Shown here piece by piece: positions 24,014 through 38,036 of a stretch of DNA of 64,000 nt. The stretch comes from Selaginella moellendorffii. Its lineage: Eukaryota > Plantae > Lycopodiophyta. Within the stretch, counting starts at the first letter, position 1, and the number at the start of each line of letters is the position of its first letter. Both the position numbers and the translations under genes were made by a program. The notes beneath the pieces are model-generated. The model worked only from the letters and a program-made list of their open reading frames with translations. It had not been told where the DNA came from and did not search any database. The stretch is taken from positions 1 to 64,000 of the forward strand of contig NW_003314362.1 in assembly GCF_000143415.4 (NCBI RefSeq). The letters are read 5' to 3'.

Positions 24014-26443
24014 ATGGCTATGGCATGCCGCGGGAGTGCCCGCGCGGCTTCCTCCATTGCCCACGCCCACGGTCACAAAGTCATGCATCACCAGGCTCCG
24101 CTTGCGGGCCTCCCCCGCCTTTCCTTCCGAGGTACGGCCGATCGTCTTTCTCAAAGTAGCGCGCCTCCACTCACCACCAAACGAATGCAGGGCCATGGTG
24201 ATTCGCCCGTGCCGCAGCTCGTACGATTGCTGGGGCTGGACAATCCCCTGGACAAGCGAGAGGAGGCAGTGGACGAGCTGTGGAGGCAATCAGAAGGTGG
24301 CAAGGAGAGCGTGGAGGAGATTGTGAGCTGCCCCGGGTGCCTGGATTTGGTGGTTTCACTCGTTGCCTCGGGCTCTCATGCTGCCTCTGAAGCAGCCTCT
24401 GGGCTTCTTCGTGAGGTCTCGGCTGTACAACCTTATGGCTCCTTGGTTGCTCAGGCTGGTGCCATACAAGAGATTACGGGCTTGCTAACGCGGAAGAGTC
24501 CACCACCCGAGGTAGCTCTCTACTTCTGTGTCTCTCCCGTTTTCATCAATCTCGTCTCAGGTGAGAGACCAAGCTGCAAATGTGCTGCTCAATCTGGCGG
24601 CGGAGCCAGGGCTGCGGGAAAAAATAGCCAACCCCGAGTTGCTAGCTGCAGTAGTTCTCATGCTAGATTCGGAGCTACAGGGCGAACAGAATGCAGCTGC
24701 TGGGATGATTGCCAAGCTCTCGCTTTCGGAAGGCATCCAGAGCTTGCTGCTAGGCGCGGGTGTTATTCCAAAGCTGGTAGGCATGTCTTCTGTCTCGTGT
24801 TCACATTTCACTCACAGTGTGCTCTCGCCGCCAGGCCAATATCTTGAAAGCGGACTTTCAGAAGGTGTCCAAAGTTGCTCGGCTGGAGGCTAGGAACGCA
24901 CTGCTGAGACTTGCAAAGAATCCGGACGCGAAAATGGCCACAATAGACCAAGGCTTGATGTTTGTCCCGCTGGTTGGAGCTGATGCTTACAAGTCTCTCA
25001 AGGCTACTGGCGTGGGAGCTCCCAAAGTTCCGGAACAGGTGACCCTGGAGCACCCACTTGGATCGCAAGAGTCTCCATTCGGGGCTGGAGATCTCCTTTT
25101 GGGACTGCATATCAGTAGCCAGCAGAGTGTGGACGAAGCAACGCAACTGGCAATGGAAGGCCGCAGCAGGCTAAACTTTCTGAAGAGGGTGGGCTTAGTA
25201 GAGACTCCAGCCGGCGGCGACAACAAGCCCAAAAGTGAAGCTCAGAGTTCCACGGTATTGCCCTGGTGGGATGCTATCCCCCGTTTGGTCCTTATTCTCG
25301 GCCTCGAGGACGTGTCTTATGCCATGCAAGGTGCCCGGGCTATAGCGGAGGTGGCTATAACCGAAGACTACAGACGAAAGCTCGCCAAGGCTGGCGCAGT
25401 TCCTCACTTGGTTTATCTTCTGGGAAGTGGCGACGAGACTGCAATGGGGGCTGCAGCAACCGCCATCGAAAAGCTTTCAATAAGGTGACTCGTCCTTCCT
25501 GTTCTTTCGCGTGGATGGTTTCCTGATGCTGGCAATTTGATATAGCCAGAAAGTGAGGAGAGCTATCAATGCCTTCGGTGCTATTCCGGCCCTCGTCTCG
25601 GTTTTGAAAACACCCGATGTTCCGGAGTCCCTCCAAGAAAAGGTAAGGTCGCATCTTCAGCGCCTGTCTACTAGTTTTGCCATGTGATGCGTTTGCAGAT
25701 TGTTGGGGCTCTAGTACGCTTGTCTCAAACGCAGGAGGAGGTGGAGGCTACCACGGTACGCTTTGTACTCGCTCACGGCTCACCTCAGAGATTTGGATGC
25801 AGGTCCGGTCTGGAAGCGTCGCTCGGGGAGTTTTGGACATTGTCAACTCCGAGGATGCGACCTACGAGGCCAAGGTTGAGGCTGAAAATGTTCTCAAGGA
25901 GATCATGTCGCTCAAGGCAGATCCAAGGTACATACGCATGAGATCAATATTTTATAGGCTCAGCTGGCTGATTTCAGGGACAAGATCGTAGATGCTGGTG
26001 GTGCAGCGCCGCTCATTCACCTTGTTGCGTCAAGTGGCTCTTTCGCCTTGAGACGCAAAGCGGCAAGCGTCTTGGAGAGCCTGGCGACCAAGGAAGCTCA
26101 TGCCGTGAGCATGGCAGGCGCGGGAGTCGATTCTGCTCTTAAGTCTCTACTCCGAGTGGAAACGGCAGGTTCGTAGCTATGATGTGGCCTTCCTTGTTTT
26201 CGAGTTACGTATGCCTGCCTTGGTTTGTTTGTAGACGAGGACGATGGTAGCGGTGTGAGCGCAGCCTGTAGTTTACTGGGAAGGCTGCTCGACTGTGAAA
26301 ATGCCCGGGAGAAGCTCGACTGCCCGTCCTATGTTGCGCTCTTGGGGGAGTTTTCTAAGCTGGAGAGCGTGCCTCCGTCCATCAGACACGAGATATCGGA
26401 GTGTCTGCTCAAGCTGGGCGAGCAGTCGAGGAGGATGCATTAA
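24014..26443 (+). CDS. ARM-repeat protein (At1g23180-like), probable plastid transit peptide, spliced
   Basis: LVRLLGLDNPLDKREEAVDELWRQSEGG..GCLDLVVSL..SEAASGLLR and LPWWDAIPRLVLILGLED..AGAVPHLVYLL form armadillo repeats, interrupted by short GT-AG introns. Confidence 0.8.
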
Positions 26444-26517
26444 AGTTTATAGTGGCTCGTCTGTCTTGACAAGTATAAAGCGCTGCTTGCCCTAACCCTG
26501 GGGGCTCCTCCTCGGCG

Positions 26518-27796
26518 ATGGTCGCTAACGGCTGCATGGCGCCGCACGAGGCGGTGGAGGAGGAGGTGGAGAGGCTGAAAATGGAGATCCGCGAGGTGAA
26601 GGCGCTCATCTGGGAGGGGAGGATGAAGCTCGCGGCCACAGCGGACGCGGAGGAGCGGCAGTTTCTGCGGGAGGAGCAGCGCTGGCTGTTCGACGAGACG
26701 AGGAAGATCCGGGACGAGGTGAGGGTGCGGCTGGAAGCGCGCAACATTGCGATGCAGCACCAAATGGCGGCCCGCTTTGCGGCCGAGCCCGGATGTGCTG
26801 GTACGTCAAACACAAACTGTACGTCGTCGTCGTCGTGGAAGATGCCCGTGCTCCAGAGGCCCGACACTCCCGCTGCTGCTGCCTGGGTGTTCCCCGACTT
26901 TGTGCCCGGCTGTGGCTGGCCGCCTTTACTTCCCTGCTCGCAAGAGCAGCATCAACAGCACCAGCACCAGCACCATCAGCAGCAGCAGCAGAGAGATCGG
27001 CAGCCGCAGAAGCGTGAGCCGGAGCATGTGGACCTGTCGGGCTGGACGTCATGCCTGATTCAGCAGCAGCAGCAGCAGCAGCCACAGCAGAGCCAGGAGC
27101 GTCCGAAACCCAGGCTGCCACCGTTGCGGCCGAGGAAGGATGGAGGTACTGCTTATACTTCCTAGTTTGGTTCTGCCCGCGCATTAATTGTGGTTCGTGA
27201 CAGAGGCCAAGACTGATCCCCTGGTGATGCAGCCACCAAAGAGCAACGGCAACAGCAGCAGCAGCAAGAGGAAAAGAGTTTCCAATCCGGCAGCTGCAGC
27301 GTCGACAATCAAGGAGGAGCAGGATGCGGGTGGTCGAGAGGAGCGGGGGAAGCGGCCGCGCTGGAAGGACCACTGGGTGATGCAGCTCATCCAAGTCCGG
27401 GGTGGGATGCAAGAGGAGTTTAGCAAGCCGCCCAAGCAGGGCGTGGATCTGTGGAGGCAGGTCTACACAAAGCTGGTCGCGTCGTGCCCGGATTTTGACA
27501 AGGAGCCCGAGGCGTGTAGGAAGAAGTGGAAGACGCTGGTGACCGACTACAAGGCTGCCTCCACCAACAATTCTAACAACAACACTAACACCGCGAGTAC
27601 CACCACCAACACCGGTGCCAGCAGCGGTGCCGGTGAGGTGAACGAGAGGCCGGACAAGTGCCGCTATTACACCATGATGGACGAGTACATAAGCGTCAAG
27701 GACATCCAGACGAGCGTCATTGGCAGTGCCGCAACCGTGGCCACCATTGCCTGCCTGGACGAGGTGACGAGCGAGCTCGACTGTGTGGACACCTAG
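26518..27796 (+). CDS. Trihelix (Myb/SANT-like DNA-binding) transcription factor with N-terminal coiled coil and polyQ/polyN tracts; one intron ~27146-27203
   Basis: RWKDHWVMQLIQVR..KQGVDLWRQVYTKL..DKEPEACRKKWKTLVTDYK..CRYYTMMDEY shows the trihelix W-W-W pattern. CAG-encoded polyQ is present. Confidence 0.75.
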
Positions 27797-27905
27797 CGAA
27801 CATGCAACGCGGGTGACACTATCCCGGACCCGGGGCAAGGAGATATCTATCCCGGAGAGAGGGGAAGGAGACTTCTTTTCTTTTTTATTTTTGCGCGAAG
27901 ATAAT

Positions 27906-28237
27906 ATGGAGGAAGTAGAGGTCGAGGGGGAGGAGGAGGAAGAGGAAGTGGCTGTGGTGGAGGAAGAGGATCGAGTGAAGGAAGAACGGGCGCGGGTGTT
28001 GCGTGATCGGCTTCGCATTGCTGTGATTGGCGTCGCTGAATCACAAGGTGCTCTACTTGTTTGGCCCTATAGCTAGTGCCCAAGTCTCATATCGCGGTTT
28101 TGCAGCTCGACAGAGTGGACTGACTGTTTCCCAGCCGGTGATGACGGCCATCTGCGACATCACCCACAAGTTCACCGGTGAGTAAGTGAGGTATGATTTA
28201 TGCAAGTGTGTGAAGGCTCATTGCTTTTCTTTTTCTT

Positions 28238-28276
<39 letters not shown>

Positions 28277-28549
28277 CCCACATTTCCAGAACAGCTAGGC
28301 AAGGAGCTCCAACTGTTTGCGCATCACGCCGGTCGAAAGTCGATCAACATGGACGATGTTATCCTGGCTGGTAAGCTGTTGTGCTGTTACTGCGGGGCTT
28401 GTGTTACTACTCGTGTTCGTTTGCAAGCAGCGCGCAGGAATGAGGACGTGGCCACGGCGCTCAAGGCAGCGTCGCACGAGCTGCCCGACAAGAAGAGGAA
28501 AAAGGCTCAGGGGGAGCAACAAGACAACCATTTTCTAGTGATCGATTAG
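27906..28549 (+). CDS. MHF1: MHF1 / CENP-S histone-fold protein, 4 exons
   Basis: LRDRLRIAVIGVAESQ..VSQPVMTAICDITHKFTEQLGKELQLFAHHAGRKSINMDDVILAARRNE is the CENP-S motif. Confidence 0.92.
28242..28274. repeat. (TG)16 microsatellite in MHF1 intron
   Basis: Perfect TG run seen in the sequence. Confidence 0.95.
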
Positions 28550-28759
28550 TTCATCTGGAGTGGAGGATCATCGTTGTTTAGGACTGGATGACTTTGGAAA
28601 GAGAGAGCGGACACGTTTACTTGCATTAGCCGCAACAACAATAATGCAAATAGAGCGATTGGGCCCGGCCCGGCGTCAAATTTGGAAAGTGTCCAATCCA
28701 GCCATCTCTTCCTTTTCCTATTTTTCGCCCTTCACGTATTTGGTGTTTGGGATTTGATC

Positions 28760-30682
<1,923 letters not shown>

Positions 30683-30930
30683 CCTCTCGCAAAGGCCATA
30701 GAATTTTGCCAATAAAAGCCTCTTTTTTCACATCAAGCCAGAGGACTCGGCAATCAAGTCTGCGAGGTCCTCCTCAATTCTATTGTCGTGTCTTTGAGCA
30801 ATCGTCGTAGGCTATGCTGTAGACGCTTGAAACGAAGTCGAGAATCGTGTGTGAGGGAGCTTCTTTGGCGAAAGTGCCAATACGAAGCATGGGAACATTC
30901 TTGTGCTATCTTTCGAAACAGCTCCCATAA

Positions 30931-32049
30931 TCAAACCACGGTGGCCGCTCTACACATGTTAGAGAGCATTACATATGGTGAACCGACGCCAGGCTCCGCT
31001 TGCATGGCAGCCTGGGACGCGACGGCAAGGCCATCCGTGCTGCTGTAATGGCCGCCCCGACACGCCGCTACGAAGCATCTCCAGTCCAAGGCAGTCGGAG
31101 CGAATGGCATGGCGGCCATCAAGGCTTGGGCGTCGGTCACGTATCCCGCCCTGCACAAGAGGCTCACCATGCAGCTGTAGTGCTGCCCGCTCGCTACAAG
31201 CCCAAAGTCGCAAGTCATGGACGTGAAGCAGTGGCAGCCACCTCTCACAGCTCCTCTGTGGCTCCACGCCCCGAGAACGCTCGCGAAACAGATGCCATCC
31301 GGGTGCTCCACCAGGTTCATTTCGTTGAAGAGCTGCAGTGCCATCTGCGGCTGGCCCGCTTGAGCGTAGGCGCTGATGACTGCCGTCCACGACACCACGT
31401 CCCGCTCGGGCATGCATCCAAACAAATTGCCACACTTGGACATTTGCCCGCATTGGGCATAGGCTGCAAGCAGGGCGTTCCACGATATGACATCTCTCTC
31501 TCGCATGGCGATAAATACTTCCTTCGCTTCCTCTATGCTTCCGCTGCTTCCAAACGCCGAAAGCATTGCGTTGCAGCACGCGAGGTTCTTGTCTTGCAGC
31601 ATGTCAAATACGTGCTTGGATTGCTCCAGATGCCCTGTGCGGGCATACACCCAAATCATAACCAGCGCACACACGTTGTCTCGCTCCGCCATAGAGTCGT
31701 AGACGAGCTGCGCTTGGTCAGTCTGGCCGCCTCGCGCGTACATGTTGAGCAGGGCCGTCCATGCCACTAAGTTCCATGCCGGCATCTCGTCGAAGAGTTT
31801 CTTGGCCTGCTTCGGGCAGTCGTTGTTGGCATACGAGCACAGCATCAGAACCCAGCTGAAGCAGTCCTTGCAAGGGATGCTGTCAAACACTTGCCTCGAG
31901 AGAGCCGGGCTGCCGCACCTGCCATACATCTCCACCACCTTGTTGGCCACAAACACATCAACACGCTGCACCTGGGAATGAAGCCTTCTTGCATTTGGAA
32001 GGGAGCAACAGGAACGTATGAGTTCCAGGCAAGAGCTTCGATCTAGCAT
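30931..32049 (-). CDS. PLS-class pentatricopeptide repeat protein with E-type C-terminus, intronless
   Basis: Repeated VFD(S/E)MP..(D/N)VVSW(N/T)A motifs, HYSCMVSLLCRAG..AQALMAAMPF, and SPYVMLSN. Confidence 0.9.
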   Translation of the reverse strand: MLDRSSCLELIRSCCSLPNARRLHSQVQRVDVFVANKVVEMYGRCGSPALSRQVFDSIPCKDCFSWVLMLCSYANNDCPKQAKKLFDEMPAWNLVAWTALLNMYARGGQTDQAQLVYDSMAERDNVCALVMIWVYARTGHLEQSKHVFDMLQDKNLACCNAMLSAFGSSGSIEEAKEVFIAMRERDVISWNALLAAYAQCGQMSKCGNLFGCMPERDVVSWTAVISAYAQAGQPQMALQLFNEMNLVEHPDGICFASVLGAWSHRGAVRGGCHCFTSMTCDFGLVASGQHYSCMVSLLCRAGYVTDAQALMAAMPFAPTALDWRCFVAACRGGHYSSTDGLAVASQAAMQAEPGVGSPYVMLSNMCRAATVV

Positions 32050-32096
32050 GCCTCACTGGAAGAAACGAAAAAACTCAGACTTAGGAGCCGAGTTAT

Positions 32097-35000
32097 CTAG
32101 ATTGTTTCTTCCTGGACACTGGTTGTATACTCCGATATGATGGATTTGAGCGTGCTTCGCTCCAGACTTGTGCGAAGCAGCACCTGCGCATGCAACGTTA
32201 AGAGAGCAGAGAAGACATGCACACACGTACCTCCTGGACTTCGTTGCCAGAGCGAGCAAGTAACTTGTACGCTTCGTCATGCTGCGCCGAAGACAGGTAC
32301 ACCTAGAGCTCACCACCGAGTTATTGTCACGAAGAAATCCCAACAGATTCTGTACCTGAAAAGTCGGAACGACTGATGCACTATGCACGCGTCGCCCTTT
32401 CGCTATTTCCTGGATCTCCTGTCGCGATTCTAGCCTTTTAAGCAGTGCCTCCAACTCCGGAATGCTGAGGATCTAAGCATGACATACACTGAGAACGACT
32501 CAGGCATGAAACGATCTTACTTGTGGATCAGTTGCAGAATTAGAATTCACGTCTTCTTGTCGGGCCAGCATGCTTTCCACGGTCTCTAACAACGGGTCTG
32601 GCTGTTGTCAAAAAGCGAAAGACGGTCATTTAGCGTTCATTTGTGTGGACTCAGATCTACTTACAGACATCCTCTTCAGAGAAAGATAGATACGCTGTCG
32701 ATCGTAATCGAGTTTGTGTACCGCTGTCTCGATTTCCTACAAGTTGAAAGTTAAGTTTCAGCCAAGACGACATGACATCCGTACAACAAACCTGGCCAAC
32801 GTTTACGAACTTTGCCGGATCAGGAACAGGCGTCCACGAAAGCTCTGAGAAGTGCATCAGCCCACTAACACCTTCAACCAGCTGCGTGATACAAGTTAGA
32901 GCTTCAGAAAGCATACTGCTTGCTTATTTCTAACCTCTACAAAAACACCAAAGAGGGAGATGTTTCTGACTCTTCCCTTCACGATATCTCCAGTCTTCAG
33001 TTTTGCCTGTAAAATGCGCACGTTCAGTATCACTAGATTAGACTAGAACACAAGGCTAACCATCAAATCAGCTCGTCTCTGAGTAACCTCTGGATCTTCG
33101 AGGGCGGCCTTCCTTTCGGAGAAAACAAGCTTTTTCTTCGCTTTATCCACATACGTCACAGTAACCTTTGCTCTCTGTACAGGCAATAAAATATGCGATG
33201 TAAAATAAAACATTTCCTAGAGCTATACGTACCTGGCCAACTAAAGATGAAAGGAAGGAGAGCCTTTCCTCCCTGTAAACCCTGTCTAGATCAGAGTCGC
33301 AAGCTGGATGTAGCAAATGACTCTCAACTTCGCCGGTTAGGCCTTGGTTGCTCATCTTGGACACGGCAAACGTCGACTCTGACGAGCTAGATGAGTCCAA
33401 AATGCTCGTGTGATTGGCATCATGGCCCCTTTCTCTAGCCCAGGCCCTGAAAGTTTTCAGTCCTCGGCTCTCGAGCAAGTCCTTTCCCGGAACAAAACCG
33501 TTCAAGTGACCAAATCGCACCTGAGAAATGCCATGGTGACAAAATAATAAGAAGACGAACACAATCACTTACGATCATTCCACCCGCATTGCTCCCAATA
33601 AACAACACGTCTTGAATTGCCCTTGTATCCAGAGCAACCTCTGCTAGCGCCCAGTCCTTGTCTATTTCTTCCTGCTAAAAACCACATCAGCGACTAAACA
33701 AACATTCTTATGCGTACTTGATCAGGAGTTTCCGCCACAGTTTCTTGCACAAGACGTGGTGCAGGCTTCCTGCATACACCCAGTAAGGCTCGTTTCAAAA
33801 CAACACAAAATAACCAGGTTGAGGATTGTACTTTGCTTGCACAGCATCCAGGTCTACCTTGGCTGGTTGAGGAGATGAACTTTCTAGATGAGCGGCGGAA
33901 CCATTTCCACTGTCAACACCACCGGGAATCGCCTTCCCTTCTCCAAAACTGTCCGCCGCCTCGGATTTTTCGGACACTGGCACGGCAGGCTTGGCACTCA
34001 AGCTAGGCACAGGTATTTCTTGTCCACTTGTAGGCCGTTCTCCAGCTGAAAACTCATCTGCTGCAGGTGGTGTTAACGGCCGAAGCGCAGGTCTCGAAGT
34101 GAGACTTGGAGTTCGTAACTCCTTGTCTTGTCTGGTTGAAGCCGGGTTATCCGAGTGTTCTTTCGTCTCCAGTTTTGAAGACCGGACCTCAGGCCTGGGA
34201 GCAAGACCTGAAACGGTTAAGTCTGGTTCTTTCTCGAGTTTTACGAGATCTTCTACTTCTTGGATCGTTGCTGGTGGAGTCATCTCTGGTATCGGCACTC
34301 CTGTTAAGTCCGGTCCCATCTGCTGTTGGGCTTCGTGTTCGGCTTTACTAGTAGGAGCCGGCATTTCAGGTCTTGAGGTGAGGCTTGGAACTTGCATCGC
34401 AATCGTTTGTGGTGGAGCTTTGGACTCCTGTTCGGGTTCTGCAGGTGGAGTTGGGAGCCGCATTGTAGGTCTCAGCGTGAGCTCAGGCACGTGTAAGTCT
34501 GGTTTTTCTTGCACGGCATTTGCCGGTGTATGTTCTTGCTGATGTGATGGTGGAGCTGGCTGCGGGATTGCAGGCCTGGAGCTGAGACTGGGAACAGGCA
34601 GCTTTTTTGGAGGTGGAGGCGCCTGCTGTGGTGTTATACCTGCGACTGGAAACATTTCCTTAGCTCCGCCACCCCTCGACGGTCTTGAATGAAGCTCAGG
34701 AGCGGGCTTTTCCGGGGCTTTAGCTTTTCCAGGAGACGTCCTTTGAGCATCCGATGATGGAAGCCTGGGAACCAAAGGCTTACCAACGCGTGGTGTCGTC
34801 GAAGAACCACCTCTAGGCTTCGGAGAGAGCTGGATGATATCGGGCCTGGAGAAATCCCGATAGTCGTCCTCCAAATTCTTTCGTAGCTCGTCTGCTTCCC
34901 GGGGCCACTCAAACTCAAAACCTCCAGCTTGACGACGAGGTGGAGGAGAAGCAGCTCCATCACCAAACGAAGGCCTTGGCGGGAGCATGACCGGCGGCGG

Positions 35001-35476
35001 CGCTTCGCTTCTGGACTTGTCCATGGCTTCATCCTTACGTTGAATCGCTGCTTCTCGATCCTCGTCCAAATCCGACTCCTTGACAACCAGGCTGAGGAAC
35101 GTCTTGACACCTTTCTGCTTGACAATCTTCTCCACCTCGAGATTAGTGGCGGATGGATTGAGCTTCTTGGCCACCACCTATGGAACAGAACGAGAAGACA
35201 ATCATCGTATAGCTAGCCCTGGAATTCCCTCACCTTTGCAATGCTGAGGTCGCGAGATTCTCCGAGCATGCGACGCATTTCCAGCTGCATGAGATCCGCC
35301 TTGTCGAGCGTCACTTGTCTGGGCTCCCAGACGTCCTCCCACTGCTGCCTCTTGGCAGCGGCAATCCAAATCCCAGCCCTCCGCCCGCGACCCAATGCCT
35401 GCTGCTGTGGAGGAGAAGGAATGCATCCCAGGGCCAAGGCCGACGACGGATTCGGCCATAGCCAGGCATGAACCAT
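32097..35476 (-). CDS. Plastid S1-domain (OB-fold) RNA-binding protein, At1g12800/SDP-like, spliced
   Basis: N-terminal LDKADLMQLEMRRMLGESRDLSIAKVVAKKLNP, a long Pro-rich exon, and S1 motifs (LKTGDIVKGRVRNISLFGVFVE..GVSGLMHFSELSW). The C-terminal YKLLARSGNEVQE|VLLRTSLERS..QEETI* ends at 32097. Confidence 0.82.
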
Positions 35477-35542
35477 AGAAATCTTCCTATTCTTCCACCA
35501 GTGGAGGAGAGTGACAAAAAGCCCTACCTATGAACCCTACAT

Positions 35543-36380
35543 TTACTTGGCTGGTTTCCCCTTGTTCTTGGTGAGCTTCCTGTTCGCGTTAGCGGAGGTG
35601 GAGAAGGGCATCTGCCGCGACTTGGCCCTGCGCCTCCGCCCAATCACGTCACTGCTGCGAGGCCGACGATCGAATTTCTTGGCCGGCTTCTTGTCCGCTC
35701 GCCGCGCATTCATCCCATCTTCCTTTTTCATCACGTCCAGCTCGCGCTCGTTCAGCAGCTTGACGAACTTCTCCATGGAGATGTCGGTGTCCATCCACTC
35801 GGGGTTGACAGCAGCATCCAGCGTTCCACCATCCTCCTCCTCCGATGGTCCGATTGCTGGCTTGGGCGGCTTGGGTGCGAGAGCGATGAGGCCACCGTTT
35901 TCGAATTCTGGAGCTTGAGCGCGGGCGAGAGCAGCGATTCCTGGAGGAGGATTCACAGGCTTGGGTTCCGGTGGCTCCGTGGCGGCAGCAGCTCGTTGCA
36001 TCCAGGAATCGGAGACGAGGCGCATCAGAGCATCCGTGCCCCTCTTCTTCACCAGCTTGTGGATCTCCAGATTGTTGAGGTGGGGATTGAGTTTCTTGGC
36101 CACCACCTGCAGAGCAGGATCATGAGAAAGAGGAGGTGAGAATAAATGGAACCTTTGCAATGCTCGTCTCCCGCGACTCCCCCAACAACCGGCTGAATTT
36201 GAGCTGCAACAGGTCCGACTTGTCCAGCTCAATCTCACTCTCCGCCCCCTCCCACACCACGCTTCTCTCCTCCTTCTTCTTGACACACACCACACTCTGT
36301 GGCCTTCGCCATACCCTGCTGCCGCAAGGCACACTCATGCTGGCGCCATGGATTCCCCTTGCCTGGCAAAACAAAGCCAT
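35543..36380 (-). CDS. Short tandem paralog of the S1-RBP N-terminal domain (no S1 domains), 2 exons
   Basis: LDKSDLLQLKFSRLLGESRETSIAK|VVAKKLNPHLNNLEIHKLVKKRG aligns to the neighbour and has the same intron position. Transit-peptide-like start and basic C-terminus. Confidence 0.72.
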
Positions 36381-36420
36381 CTTTCTCTCGTTGCCCTACC
36401 CTCAGGTAAACTCTTTTATC

Positions 36421-37576
36421 TCAATCCGCACTAGCTTGGAGAGAGAGAGGTGATTGTGCCAAACCATCCAGGACGTGACCAATACTATCTGTGTCTCGGA
36501 CGATTTGTCTACCAGGAAGCACGACGGCAGCCAGGGGCATGTTATCCTGTCCGCCACTCTCGTCGATTATAAGCCTGTGACTCTCCATATGCAGCGATCC
36601 GTGATGGCCGCTCACCACCATCACGCCATCCTTGACAAGCTCCTGAACAAAAAAAAAAAAGGAGAAATTTTGAGTACCTACGAGAGACTCAATATACTTC
36701 TTGCCTCTGGAGCATTCCACACGTTGCTCCGTCCCAGCATGTTCTCGTGCCTCGAAAGCCTCACGTCCTTCTCCCTGAGAACTCTCAGCTGCTCTTCCAG
36801 GGGCCGCGCTGCTTCAAGCCCCGCGTGAACTGCAACGAGCTTGCCGCAGCTCTCGCTTCCATCCTGGTGGAGTGAAAGAATGGAATCGATAAAGAGTAAA
36901 AACAATATACCTGCTCGTAGATCCACACGAGCTTCCGCAAGAATGCCTTGTGATCCTCAGGAACAGCACCAAGCAGTCCTACGCACACCATCACAAACAC
37001 AGCATGGCTCAGGAAGGAGCAAAAATGGCTGCGGAAAAAGAAAAGACTACCTTCCCGATCGCCATGCTCCACCCCGTAAGAGCTAAACGTGGGCTCCGAA
37101 TCAAAGATGGAGCCCCTGTACTCCATGTTCTTCTTCACGTTAAACTTGGCCTTGACCCTGCCACCCCATCGCCTCCCTTGCAAGTGCATGTCCTCGAATC
37201 CACGCCCGCTCCACCACCCCTCCGCCTCCTGCTTCTCCTCGGCGCCCTTGGTCCCCTCCCACGTCCGGCTAAACGGGAAGCCGGGCACCGCCGGGAGCAG
37301 CCCCAGGAAGGCCGACATCCCAAAGTCGTGATTCCCGCACAGGAAGACGTGCTTCTGGGAGGGATACGAGGCGGGCAATGCGACGAGGAAATCCAGCACC
37401 CCGGCGGTATCGGGGCCCCTGTCGCAGTAATCCCCGAGGAAAATCACCGTGGCCGATGCGAACAGCGCGCCCAGTCCCGCTTCCAGATTCCGCCACAGCG
37501 CGCGCAGCCGGATCAAGTGGCCGTGCACATCGCCAATGCACACCGTCGGCCGCCTCGCCACGGTCGTCGCCGCCAT
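36421..37576 (-). CDS. Rhizobiales-like PPP-family phosphatase (RLPH-type), spliced
   Basis: CIGDVHG, FLGDYCDRGP, FLCGNHD, MHLQGRRWGG, YRGSIFDSEPTFSSYGV, VHAGL, VVSGHHG and IIDESGG motifs. Confidence 0.88.
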
Positions 37577-37728
37577 GGCCAGCTTCGCGAAGCTGCCGGG
37601 CCCGGGAGTGACAAACCCTAGCTTTGCGTGGCGCGGAGTGCTTAGATTTGGGGAAACCTCCTGGTGCGTTATTACGCGGATTCCCTTCCAAAGCGCGCCA
37701 TTCATCGCCGTCTCTTTAAGCAAAACTG

Positions 37729-37734
<6 letters not shown>

Positions 37735-37768
<34 letters not shown>
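37735..37768. repeat. (AG)17 microsatellite between divergent RLPH and DGD1 genes
   Basis: Perfect AG run seen in the sequence. Confidence 0.95.
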
Positions 37769-37773
<5 letters not shown>

Positions 37774-38036
37774 TGATTCCAGGGACATTCTGTCCACGTC
37801 AGCGGACCACGTGGCTACAGCATATGCACAGGGCGGGATGCCCGCATATCCTTTCCTCCTCACAGACGCAGAAGACTTGCTTTTAACCACCGCGGCGGCA
37901 TTGCGGCAATCTGGAGAAGAAATTCATGGGGTACGCACTACTGCTGGGCTGGGCGAGCTATAGTTAGAACGAGCTTAGGTCTCATCAGCAAGCAAGCAAG
38001 CAAGCGAGCAAGCGAGCAATTGGATTGCACCCAGGG

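Noticed and set aside
26606-28018. 470-aa minus-strand ORF
   Set aside because: Antisense shadow of the GC-rich, low-complexity trihelix and MHF1 genes, with no recognisable domain.
31000-31770. 256-aa plus-strand ORF
   Set aside because: Antisense to the PPR gene, which explains the region fully.
32053-32454. Apparent 3-bp gap or fusion between the S1-RBP ORF and the PPR gene
   Set aside because: The ORF track reads through introns. The spliced S1 gene stops at 32097, so the real gap is 47 bp.
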